Source of the DNA: a virus
Lineage: Duplodnaviria; Caudoviricetes
Strand: one strand, 5' to 3'
Virus record (IMG/VR): IMGVR_UViG_3300005512_000314
Span: 1 to 24,693 of that record
Length of the DNA: 24,693 nt
This document shows positions 8,206-17,173 of this stretch, piece after piece (positions within the stretch are counted from its first letter, which is position 1; every line of letters begins with the position of its first letter). A model generated the notes under the pieces. It was not told the origin of the DNA. It saw only the letters and a program-made list of their open reading frames with translations, and searched no databases. A program made the position numbers and the translations under genes.

Positions 8206-9630
8206 ATGTGGAAATACCCTTATAAGACTAAACCCTATGAACATCAAAGGAAAGCCCTACAGCTTTCTGCAGATAAAGATGTATTTGCATACTTTATGGA
8301 AATGGGTACAGGTAAAACAAAAACAACCATAGATAGTCTTGGATATTTATGGTTTAAAAGAAACATTAATGCTGCATTAATCATTGCACCTAAATCTGTG
8401 TACACTGTATGGGATAAAGAAATCGATACTCATTTGCCTGATGAAATACCTAGAATAAAATACTTATGGAAAATTAATAAAGAAAAAGAATGGAATAAAT
8501 TTAATTCATCTAAAGATTTAAAATTATTTTTAATTAACGTTGAAGCCTTATCAACTAAAAAAGGTGTGGATTGGTGTAAGAAATTTTTAACATTAAATCC
8601 AATGAACATGATTATAATAGATGAAAGTACAACAATAAAAAACCCACAAGCAAAAAGGACAAAAAATATTTTAGAATTAAAATACCTATCCCGTGTAAGG
8701 CGTATATTAACAGGATCGCCAGTAACAAAATCTCCATTAGATCTATATACACAATGTGCTTTCTTAGATCCAGCATTATTAGGACATAAGAGTTATTATA
8801 CTTTTAGAAATAGGTATTGTACTTTTGAAGAAATATATGTCCCTGGGGGTAATCAAATGATGGTACCATCAGGTTACAGAAACTTAGATGAGTTAGAATT
8901 AAAACTTAAAGCTTTCTCAATGAGAATTACTAAAGATGAATGTTTAGATATACCTGAAAAGATATATCAAAAAAGAGAAATTACATTATCAGGTGAACAA
9001 AAGAAAATTTATGAAACATTAAGAAGACAAGCTTTGGCTAGATTTGAAACAGAAACTATTTCAGTACACAATCAATTAACTGAAATTTTAAGATTACACC
9101 AAATAGCTAATGGTTATTGTAAATCTGACGAAGGTGATTTGATACAATTTACTAATGAAAAATTAAAAGCACTAATGGAAATACTAGAAGAAACAGATGA
9201 GAAAGTTATTATCTGGGCAACCTATGTACACAACATACAAGAAATAATAAAAGCTTTAAGTGAGAAGTATGGATCAGAGTCTACCGTTTCTATGTTTGGA
9301 GAAACTAGCGTGCCTGATAGACAAGAAGCAGTTAGAAGATTTCAAGAAGATCCTGCATGTAGATTTTTTGTAGCTAATCCTACAACAGGTGGTTACGGTT
9401 TAACTTTAACCAAAGCTAAGTATGTTGTTTATTATTCTAATAATTATAATCTTGAAGTAAGACTACAATCAGAAGATAGAGCTCACAGGATAGGACAAAC
9501 TAAGAATGTTGTTTATATAGATATCATTGCCAAAGATACGATTGATGAGAAGATAGTTAAAGCACTTGCTCGTAAAATACAGTTATCTAATCAAACATTA
9601 GGGGATAAAGCTAAAAATTGGTTGATCTAA
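8206..9630 (+). CDS. SNF2-family (SF2) helicase/ATPase
   Basis: PYEHQ Q-motif, EMGTGKT, IIAPKS, IIDES, LTGSP, GGYGLTL, QSEDRAHRIGQ. Confidence 0.95.
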   Translation: MWKYPYKTKPYEHQRKALQLSADKDVFAYFMEMGTGKTKTTIDSLGYLWFKRNINAALIIAPKSVYTVWDKEIDTHLPDEIPRIKYLWKINKEKEWNKFNSSKDLKLFLINVEALSTKKGVDWCKKFLTLNPMNMIIIDESTTIKNPQAKRTKNILELKYLSRVRRILTGSPVTKSPLDLYTQCAFLDPALLGHKSYYTFRNRYCTFEEIYVPGGNQMMVPSGYRNLDELELKLKAFSMRITKDECLDIPEKIYQKREITLSGEQKKIYETLRRQALARFETETISVHNQLTEILRLHQIANGYCKSDEGDLIQFTNEKLKALMEILEETDEKVIIWATYVHNIQEIIKALSEKYGSESTVSMFGETSVPDRQEAVRRFQEDPACRFFVANPTTGGYGLTLTKAKYVVYYSNNYNLEVRLQSEDRAHRIGQTKNVVYIDIIAKDTIDEKIVKALARKIQLSNQTLGDKAKNWLI

Positions 9631-10292
9631 CCTTTCTTCATCATCTCTTTGTAAAGTTCTACTCTTTGTAAAAACTTTTCAGAATATTCTTTTAAATCGT
9701 TTTCGTTCAATACAAATTGCTGATACTGCAAATCTTTTGTAGCTATAGATATTATTCCTTGTTCTATTGGCCCATAATGTGTTTTATGTGCTAAGTAGTA
9801 AGCACCTAACTGATGTTTATATCCATCAACCCATTTTTCTATTTTAGGTCTATTAGATTGTTTAAAGTCTACAATACTTGGTTTACCTGCAGACACAGCT
9901 ACAAGATCTGTAGTGCCTGCGTATTCATAGTTGTAAGATAAAGATATCTCACTTCCCCATACTTCTTCTATGTTTAAGTTTGATTTAATAAGCTCTGCCA
10001 TAGCTCTAGGATGAGCACCTTCATCAGTTGCATTATAATATTTTTGACCTTGATAATAAAATTCTAGTACACGATGCATTTCAGTTCCTCTTTTAGCTGA
10101 TTCATTTACAATTCTGTCAGCGTTCTCTGCACCAATCTTTCTTCTCCAATTATCTAGGAATCTTTTATCTTCTGTAGCACTAAGAATAGTTGTAACACTA
10201 GGTACAGGTTTATCTTCTACAAGATACTTACGTCCTGTTTCTGATTGAAATCTATTGTGTCTTTTGTAGGGATATTTTTTTATGATTTGCAT
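9627..10292 (-). CDS. PD-(D/E)xK exonuclease (MGME1/Cas4/RecB-like phage nuclease)
   Basis: PSVTTILS, RGTEMH, E..L, YAGTTD, IVDFKQS, QLGAY motifs. Confidence 0.9.
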   Translation of the reverse strand: MQIIKKYPYKRHNRFQSETGRKYLVEDKPVPSVTTILSATEDKRFLDNWRRKIGAENADRIVNESAKRGTEMHRVLEFYYQGQKYYNATDEGAHPRAMAELIKSNLNIEEVWGSEISLSYNYEYAGTTDLVAVSAGKPSIVDFKQSNRPKIEKWVDGYKHQLGAYYLAHKTHYGPIEQGIISIATKDLQYQQFVLNENDLKEYSEKFLQRVELYKEMMKKG

Positions 10293-10297
10293 ATCAG

Positions 10298-10313
10298 CAT
10301 ATTAGCTAATATG
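10298..10313. repeat. Perfect 16-bp palindrome CATATTAGCTAATATG
   Basis: Read directly from the sequence; covers the stop codon of 10302..10481 and a TAATAT box upstream of the exonuclease. Confidence 0.9.
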
Positions 10314-10481
10314 TCCAGAAAGTACAGCTAAAAGTATTGCAGTCAATCCACCAATGATCCATTTTTCTATTCTAGCAATACGGGTTTCCATTCTATCTAT
10401 TCTTTCAAAAGTTTGTTTCTGCATAATTCTGCAGATTTTTTCATGGTATTCTATTTTTTCTAATGCTGTTTTCTTTGTCAT
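10302..10481 (-). CDS. XhlA/hemolysin-like small membrane protein (59 aa; coiled coil + C-terminal TM), not in ORF track
   Basis: Manual translation MTKKTALEKIEYHEKICRIMQKQTFERIDRMETRIARIEKWIIGGLTAILLAVLSGHIS*; TAATG-coupled to the upstream gene. Confidence 0.75.
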   Translation of the reverse strand: MTKKTALEKIEYHEKICRIMQKQTFERIDRMETRIARIEKWIIGGLTAILLAVLSGHIS

Positions 10482-13400
10482 TATGCTTGTTCCCTTCTTC
10501 TAGCTGCCGCAATCGATGTAGTATCAAAAGGGAATAAAGATTGTAGTTGTTCTGATTGCGGTGCTTGTTGTCCGCTGACCGTTGGCTGTGCTCCAACACC
10601 CACTGGTGATTGTAAATCTTCCATAGTCACATCACCCATTACAGAGGTTCTTTCTCTTTCTGCTTCGTCAATTTCTACAGCTTCTTCATTGGCTACAGAT
10701 GTATTCATATAAGATACCATTTCGTTATCTGTAACTGTATCACCTGATGGACTAGTAAAGTCTTGTACAAACATAGACTCAACAGTTTCTTTTGGTAAAT
10801 TCTTATCGTCATACTTAGGTTGTGGAATTCTGTAACTCATGTTTAATATTTCTCTAGAAATAGCTTCAGGATCAATATTTTTAGGATTTACTCTAGGTAC
10901 ATCTTTGTCTTCTTCATTTAAGTAATTAAATAATCTAGCAAAGGCTTCTCTCTTCTGTGTTAAACCCAATGCAGTTATTTTAGAGTTAACACTTCGAATA
11001 CTAAAGTTATTGTCTGGTCCAATCTTCTTACCTTTTAATCCTTTAACTAATTCATCAGGTAATAAAGCATCATTCATATATCTTAAAGCAGTAGGGTCAG
11101 TTAAAATTCTACCTGCTCTTCTAGCTAATAATAAAAAGATAGCTGGTGCTAAAGGATTAACTGTAAACATACCAGCACCTACAAACATACCTCCAGCTAC
11201 AGATCCAAAAGATCCTAGTGTCATTCTTCTTTGTAAGAATGTAGAAGTATCTGATAAAGGTACATCGGATATTGCTTTCATATAATTAGTAAATTTAAAG
11301 AAGTCACTCGCACCGTTTTCACCTAACATCTTAATCATTTTTTGTCTGCCTAGTTCTTCAGTAGCACTACCAATACCAAGCTTGTTTAAAAACTTATTGA
11401 TATTGAAACTTGCAAAATCATTAGGACTAAATCTAATATCTGTTACATCATAGATACCATTTCTTAATCTTACGCTATCTAAACTAAAGTCAGGTAAGTT
11501 AGCTCTCTGCTCTCTTGATAATAAACCCATAGCATCTTGTGCGTATTGTGTACCAGCTTTTACATCTGCTGATTCATCTAATACATTTTTAAAAATTGAT
11601 TGTGCTTGTGGCGTTGAAGCTGTGTCAAAAGAATCTAAGAAAGCATTAAACATATATCTAGCTTTTGCAGCTTTTAATAATGCTTTACCACCTGCAGTTG
11701 CTTTAATACCTAACTCAGGAGCTCCTTCTGCACCTATCAGTTTAGCAAATTGCTCTAATGCTTTAGGACTATTAGAAGCAAATACATCTCTTTCTAATGT
11801 TTCAAAGATTTGATCCCTGAATTTATTTTGCATACCATAAATACCATTAACACCTTTTTGTGTGAACAATGTTCTATCAAATTGTTTTAATATTTGAGGC
11901 ACTTTAGCTCTTTGGTAAAAACCTAAAATGGATGAGAAAGTATTGTTAGCATCGTATAACTTATCTCTTAATTTTTCTGCCGCTGCAATGTTGTTAGCTA
12001 TATAAGCTTCTGCGGCTTGAGGATTTTGTTTAGCTAAAGCTTCGTATGTAGCTTTAATACCTTCGTCTTGTAACATAGTACCTTTGTTTAACATACCACC
12101 AAAAGCATTGAAGTCATTTTCCATAGCTTCTCTCATAGCCCAGATTTCTGATTTTAAAGTTTTGTATCCTGATCCTTCTATAGCTCTATTTAACATTGTG
12201 ATTAAACCTTTGTATTGTTTAGGTGTAATCATGCCGTCCTTAATAGCTGCCGTGGCTTGCATAAATAAATTTAAAGGATCTCCGCTTGACGTTAAAACTT
12301 TATCAATGTCTTTAATAGGAATGGCTCCTCTTGTCGTGTAAATATCAAATTCAGGGAAGTTTCCTTTTACTGAATCTAAGAAATCATTAGCTGCTTTTTG
12401 AGTATTTAAAAGTTTAATAGCTTTTGGATTACCTGATGTAGTAGCTAAAGCATCAAAAGCTTTATATTTAGAAGCAATCAAATCTATGTTATCTGAAAAT
12501 ACTTTATTAATTTGACCGTAAACATCAGTCGATAAAATACTTGTTTTTAATAAAGGTGAGTAAGCAACTAAATCATTTAAGTATTGTCGACCTGCAGCTT
12601 GCTCTGCACCTTGTAAAGCCTCTCTACCTATTCCTGATACAAATGGAAATACACCAACTGTTTTAAAATATGTTTGTCCCATACCACCAAGCCAACCTTG
12701 GCCTTGTTTCATAGCTGACATAAGAGGTATTGGTAAACCTTTGTCTCTAGCATATTTAGCTAGTTCAGCTTGTTCAGGGCCTACTGTTCCAAATAATTTT
12801 CTTCCCAATTTACCTAGTGGACCAAATATAAAAGGTGATAATGCAGCCGCACCAGAGTTCCACAACAATGCGTTTCTAGTAGCATAAGCAGCATTCGTCA
12901 AAGTATCTCTATCAATTTCTTTTTCAGGCATTGTAGCTAAATCATCAGAGATAGCTCCAGCGATTTGTTGACCTACTGTTTCATTTAATAAATCATAAGT
13001 TACTGCTGCTGTACCAGCTCCTGCTGAACCGCCTAATACAGAATATACTTCTGCTCTACCCAAAGGACTTTGAATTACTTTAGCAGGAACATCCGCAGCT
13101 CTTGCTACTGTTTTTAAAACACTTCCTAAAAATTTAAATCTGCCAGGTAACTTATCTCCAAGCTTAGCTGCTTGTTGTACAAAATAACCTGGGCTTTTGT
13201 TCCATAAATTACCAGACTTGGCAGCACCATATATTTTTTTACGCATGAGTGCATAAGGTGTAATACCGCCAGTTAAATCGCCAGCTAATTCAAAGCTAGC
13301 TTGACCTGATCTTAAACCAAAAATGTCCGCTTCTCTTGCAGCAACTTGAATAGGATCTTTATAATATTCTTCTTCTCTAGCTAACTTCTTTGCTGTGGCT

Positions 13401-13552
13401 CCTCTTAAAGCCATCAGCTCATTTGTCTTTGGGCCTTGTAAAGCTCCTTTATCAATTAGTTTATCAATGATAGCTCTTTGTTTTGCACTTAATGCATTTG
13501 GATCAAGAGTCTTATCATCTAATTGTTTTTGTAATTGTTCAATAGTTGCCAT
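10481..13552 (-). CDS. Large internal virion/DNA ejection protein (1023 aa)
   Basis: Large Ala/Gly-rich helical protein with hydrophobic GA-rich segments; last of three size-increasing genes as in podovirus ejectosomes; TAATG-coupled. Function inferred from position and composition. Confidence 0.65.
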   Translation of the reverse strand: MATIEQLQKQLDDKTLDPNALSAKQRAIIDKLIDKGALQGPKTNELMALRGATAKKLAREEEYYKDPIQVAAREADIFGLRSGQASFELAGDLTGGITPYALMRKKIYGAAKSGNLWNKSPGYFVQQAAKLGDKLPGRFKFLGSVLKTVARAADVPAKVIQSPLGRAEVYSVLGGSAGAGTAAVTYDLLNETVGQQIAGAISDDLATMPEKEIDRDTLTNAAYATRNALLWNSGAAALSPFIFGPLGKLGRKLFGTVGPEQAELAKYARDKGLPIPLMSAMKQGQGWLGGMGQTYFKTVGVFPFVSGIGREALQGAEQAAGRQYLNDLVAYSPLLKTSILSTDVYGQINKVFSDNIDLIASKYKAFDALATTSGNPKAIKLLNTQKAANDFLDSVKGNFPEFDIYTTRGAIPIKDIDKVLTSSGDPLNLFMQATAAIKDGMITPKQYKGLITMLNRAIEGSGYKTLKSEIWAMREAMENDFNAFGGMLNKGTMLQDEGIKATYEALAKQNPQAAEAYIANNIAAAEKLRDKLYDANNTFSSILGFYQRAKVPQILKQFDRTLFTQKGVNGIYGMQNKFRDQIFETLERDVFASNSPKALEQFAKLIGAEGAPELGIKATAGGKALLKAAKARYMFNAFLDSFDTASTPQAQSIFKNVLDESADVKAGTQYAQDAMGLLSREQRANLPDFSLDSVRLRNGIYDVTDIRFSPNDFASFNINKFLNKLGIGSATEELGRQKMIKMLGENGASDFFKFTNYMKAISDVPLSDTSTFLQRRMTLGSFGSVAGGMFVGAGMFTVNPLAPAIFLLLARRAGRILTDPTALRYMNDALLPDELVKGLKGKKIGPDNNFSIRSVNSKITALGLTQKREAFARLFNYLNEEDKDVPRVNPKNIDPEAISREILNMSYRIPQPKYDDKNLPKETVESMFVQDFTSPSGDTVTDNEMVSYMNTSVANEEAVEIDEAERERTSVMGDVTMEDLQSPVGVGAQPTVSGQQAPQSEQLQSLFPFDTTSIAAARRREQA

Positions 13553-15837
13553 TATTTATTAAACTCCTCTAATAACTCATCTGCATTCATTTGATCAAAT
13601 TTACTTAAAATGTTTTCTGATAATGAAGTTCCTTCTTGTAATCTAAAATTATTCTGTCTTCTCATTGCATCAAGTGTAATATCTAATCCACCAAGTCTTC
13701 TGTAGTCATCTTCGTATCTTAAGATATCTCTTTCTAACTCTTCTGCAATCGCTTTGATAGAAGCTCTTGTAGATTCACTACCTCTAGTTAATGTAAATAA
13801 GTTAACCAATCTTTCAGCAGCTCTTACGTCTCTTTCAGTTAATCGGTCTTGATCTTTAAATGAATTAGCTAAAGCGTACACTAACGTAGTTTCTGCTACT
13901 GCTAATTTTTCTAAAGTTTCAGCATCTACTTCTTCATCACCTAATCTAGATTTTATTCTCTTTTCAGCTTGTTTGTAAATTGAATCGTAATCAAAAGTTT
14001 TTAATATTTTCTTTCTAGCTTCATCTGATAGTGTATCATCTGCTTCAATTCTAGCTCTTTCTTGTTCATATAATGCTTTTGCTTCAGCTGCTGTTGTAGT
14101 TCCCATACCAAATACATCTTGTAAAGCACCTCCAAATCTAGTTGTAAATAATTGAATAGCACCTCTAGGACCACCAGCTGTAGGTTTAGCAGTAAGTATA
14201 TCTAATACGTCATTAGCAACTCCATACGTTTTGTATCTATTAGATAATATTTCTCCAATTTTAACAGTTTCTTTATCAACAGTATCTTTCTTTAAGAATT
14301 GTGTAGGTGTACCGTAACCTTCTATTTCATCTGAACCTACAGGAGCATAAACCATGTTACCTCTTTCATCTATCTGTCCTGTTGCAACTTGCATAGTTCC
14401 ACCTTTAGTTTGTCTTCCTTTAAGATTTGTTATATTTCCGTTTTTATCAGTAAATTGTATAACACCTAATTCACCTTCAAATGGTGTACCAGCAGCTGCT
14501 TCATTAAATAATTTTAATTCATCTAATGCATAACCTAGGTAAGTCTCCATAGAGTTTCTTTGAATCTCATCTTCTTTTAATTTCATTACTGCATAATTAT
14601 TAACTGCAGGGCCTAATGCAGCACCAAATACTTCTAGTGCTCCTCCTAAACCTTTTTTACTTGTAGTTCCTGTTAATAATCCAGAAGCTAAGTTAGCTAA
14701 GAATACTAAATTAGATTGTGACATTCCTTTACCTTGATTCATTTGATTGTATAATTCTCTAGCTCTATCAATTAAAGGATCAGAAACCATTCTTTGAGAT
14801 GTCTCAGAACGTTTAACAACTTTTTGATTTGCTCCAGTGTCCGTTGTTGGTACTTCTTCAACAGGTGCTTCTGGTTTCATGTCTTTTACGATTGTATCTT
14901 TTTCTTCTTTAACATCTACTGCAGCAGCTGTGGTTTGTTCTGGTGGTATACCACCTCCAATATTACTGTAATCTTTTTTAGCCTTGTCAGCTACTTTAGT
15001 AACATCTATATAACTTTTACCGCCTTCTACAATCGTATTTTCAGGTTGTGTTAAAACATCTTCTTTACCTTTTCCAAAGGCTGTTCTGTATCCTTCGTAT
15101 CCAACTGATGGGTCTTTAGATCCCGCACCTCTACCTGATGCAATAGCTCTATTGTCAGCTGATGCTTCAGCAGGCATAAAGTTTCTAGCTACAGCAGGAT
15201 TATTTCTGTACATTTCTTCAAAGGAAACTTGTTCAATTGGTTGACCTAGTACGCCTTCTACTCCTGGCATAAAAGCAGGGTTAGCTGCTGTTGTACCTAA
15301 AGGTCTTTCTTTTATTAAATCCGTTACTCTACCAACAAATGGTCTTGCACCTCTGTAACCTGCATAACCTAATCCAACACCCATACCTACGGGAGTTCTT
15401 CCTAATAAAGCTGCTACACCTAAATCAGCTACAGGTTTAGCTGGTCCTTCAAAGCCTAGTTTTCTAGTTCCTTCTTCTACAAGTGGGTATAAACCTGCTC
15501 CACCAATAAAAGATGCAGTTCCAAATCCTGGAGTACCTGATCTTAATACTGACATAGGATTTCTTCTTAAGTTAGAAAAAAATCCTCTGATGTCTCTACC
15601 TATTCTATAACCTAAAGATGGTTTAGGTGCAGCACCTTGTACCGCAGGTAATCCTCCTACTATTCTTCCTGTAACAGGATCATAGAAGCCACCACCTTTT
15701 TGAATATAATTTTGAACACCACCAGGTACATCCATACCAATCATTTGACCTACTTGTGCTTTGATAGGTTTTAGATAACCTTTCTTTAAAGCAGCTTGCC
15801 TGAATAAGGGTCTGTTAAGGACTTTGTTTAAAGACAT
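13552..15837 (-). CDS. Putative internal virion/ejection protein (761 aa)
   Basis: N-terminal LNRPLFR motif, Gly-rich N-terminal half, FLANLASGLLTG segment, coiled-coil C-terminus; TAATG-coupled. Confidence 0.6.
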   Translation of the reverse strand: MSLNKVLNRPLFRQAALKKGYLKPIKAQVGQMIGMDVPGGVQNYIQKGGGFYDPVTGRIVGGLPAVQGAAPKPSLGYRIGRDIRGFFSNLRRNPMSVLRSGTPGFGTASFIGGAGLYPLVEEGTRKLGFEGPAKPVADLGVAALLGRTPVGMGVGLGYAGYRGARPFVGRVTDLIKERPLGTTAANPAFMPGVEGVLGQPIEQVSFEEMYRNNPAVARNFMPAEASADNRAIASGRGAGSKDPSVGYEGYRTAFGKGKEDVLTQPENTIVEGGKSYIDVTKVADKAKKDYSNIGGGIPPEQTTAAAVDVKEEKDTIVKDMKPEAPVEEVPTTDTGANQKVVKRSETSQRMVSDPLIDRARELYNQMNQGKGMSQSNLVFLANLASGLLTGTTSKKGLGGALEVFGAALGPAVNNYAVMKLKEDEIQRNSMETYLGYALDELKLFNEAAAGTPFEGELGVIQFTDKNGNITNLKGRQTKGGTMQVATGQIDERGNMVYAPVGSDEIEGYGTPTQFLKKDTVDKETVKIGEILSNRYKTYGVANDVLDILTAKPTAGGPRGAIQLFTTRFGGALQDVFGMGTTTAAEAKALYEQERARIEADDTLSDEARKKILKTFDYDSIYKQAEKRIKSRLGDEEVDAETLEKLAVAETTLVYALANSFKDQDRLTERDVRAAERLVNLFTLTRGSESTRASIKAIAEELERDILRYEDDYRRLGGLDITLDAMRRQNNFRLQEGTSLSENILSKFDQMNADELLEEFNK

Positions 15838-16718
15838 TAAACCGTCCTTTGTTGTTGTCCTTGCTGGTAATTTTGAAACGCTGTGAATGCTCCCAATCCA
15901 GTTCCAACTGCTTGTGCTAATGGACTTGTTTGTGGTTGAGTTGCTGCTGTAATTGTAGATTGTGACTTAGGTCCAGCAGCATAAATATTAGATAAGAACT
16001 CAGCTCTTTGATATGGTTCGTAAGCTTGTTGTAATTGAGATTGTCTAGCTGCATCTAATGTAGCTTGAGCAAGTTGTCTTTGTAATCCACCAGCTTGTAT
16101 CATTTGATTAATATCACTTTGTGCCATGCCTTGTTGTAATTGACCTATGTTAGCCATAGCAGATCCAATGTCACCTAATGTTCTTTGCTGTTGTTGTGCT
16201 GCTTGTAATGCAGTACCAAAACCTTGTTGTTGTGCTAAACCAACTTGACCTAGTCTAGCTCTTTCTAATTCTCCAATGGCTACACCTTCTCGTCCACCAC
16301 CAAATGCTCCAGAACCAACCGCTTGTGCAGCTAATTGATTTCTAGCTTGTGCAGCTTGTCTATTAATTTCATCAATCACATAAGATTGATAAGGATTATA
16401 AAATTGTGAAATGTTTGGAGTCTGTGCAGCTAGTAATTGTCCTAGCCCTGATGTTACTGTAGGAGCTCCAACTCCTGTGGTTCCTGCAGCCGTTAAACCT
16501 TGCTGTTCTAAAGCACCAAAAGGTGCAACTTGCATAGCTGGAATAGTCACAGGTTGCTGTGCAACTCCACGTGCTAAATCCATTAATTCTATTTTTCGTT
16601 CTTCAATACCTGGTGCTTCTCTTAAAACTGTAGTTCCGAATGAACTTCCTGAACTAGGTGCAGGTTGTGAAGAACCGCCTCCGCCTCCACCAAATATGCT
16701 ACTTACTATTGATCCCAT
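15837..16718 (-). CDS. Putative DNA pilot/ejection protein (293 aa, Gln/Ala/Gly-rich)
   Basis: YNPYQSYVID and GSGAFGGGREGV motifs, Q/A-rich helices and C-terminal GTGLGAF, typical of podovirus small ejection proteins. Confidence 0.65.
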   Translation of the reverse strand: MGSIVSSIFGGGGGGSSQPAPSSGSSFGTTVLREAPGIEERKIELMDLARGVAQQPVTIPAMQVAPFGALEQQGLTAAGTTGVGAPTVTSGLGQLLAAQTPNISQFYNPYQSYVIDEINRQAAQARNQLAAQAVGSGAFGGGREGVAIGELERARLGQVGLAQQQGFGTALQAAQQQQRTLGDIGSAMANIGQLQQGMAQSDINQMIQAGGLQRQLAQATLDAARQSQLQQAYEPYQRAEFLSNIYAAGPKSQSTITAATQPQTSPLAQAVGTGLGAFTAFQNYQQGQQQRTV

Positions 16719-17173
16719 TATAAATCTTTCTCCATTTGAATATGTTTAACTTTCCAACCCCATTTCTTGGACACTTTAGCCCAACCTGGTCTGCACCAAA
16801 AACTTAATTTTTTACAGTTATTTAGTTTACCAAATTTACTGACCGTTGACACTAGTATGTCTTCCCATAAATGTCTTTTTCTTCCAGTACAAATAATAGC
16901 TTCTAATTGTTTAAAGTTAGGTAATTCTGATATTCTTGTTACCATTAAGGCAAATACCTGATGTAATTCTTCTTCATCAGAACCACAAACTAAGAATAAT
17001 TGAGCTTGGTCTTTCTTTAACAAGTCTTTAATATGTTCTTGATTAGCAAAACCACCTGAATACTTTAAAGCTTCTACAACCATAAATTCACACAATGGCC
17101 AGACTTTATCTATCATTTTAGGTTCTACTGATACGACTTCTATATCAGGTTTAATTAAGTTTTGCTTTTGCAT
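16718..17173 (-). CDS. GNAT-fold acyltransferase-like virion assembly protein (T7 gp13-like position)
   Basis: VWP...AL...QLF...MVT.I...P...G....W.......F.K...C......RPGW...WGW....MEKDL pattern; immediately precedes the ejection genes. Confidence 0.6.
   Translation of the reverse strand: MQKQNLIKPDIEVVSVEPKMIDKVWPLCEFMVVEALKYSGGFANQEHIKDLLKKDQAQLFLVCGSDEEELHQVFALMVTRISELPNFKQLEAIICTGRKRHLWEDILVSTVSKFGKLNNCKKLSFWCRPGWAKVSKKWGWKVKHIQMEKDL

Noticed and set aside
9627-10292. Cas4 of a CRISPR system
   Set aside because: The protein has no cysteines for the Cas4 Fe-S cluster and there is no array; it fits a generic phage PD-(D/E)xK exonuclease.
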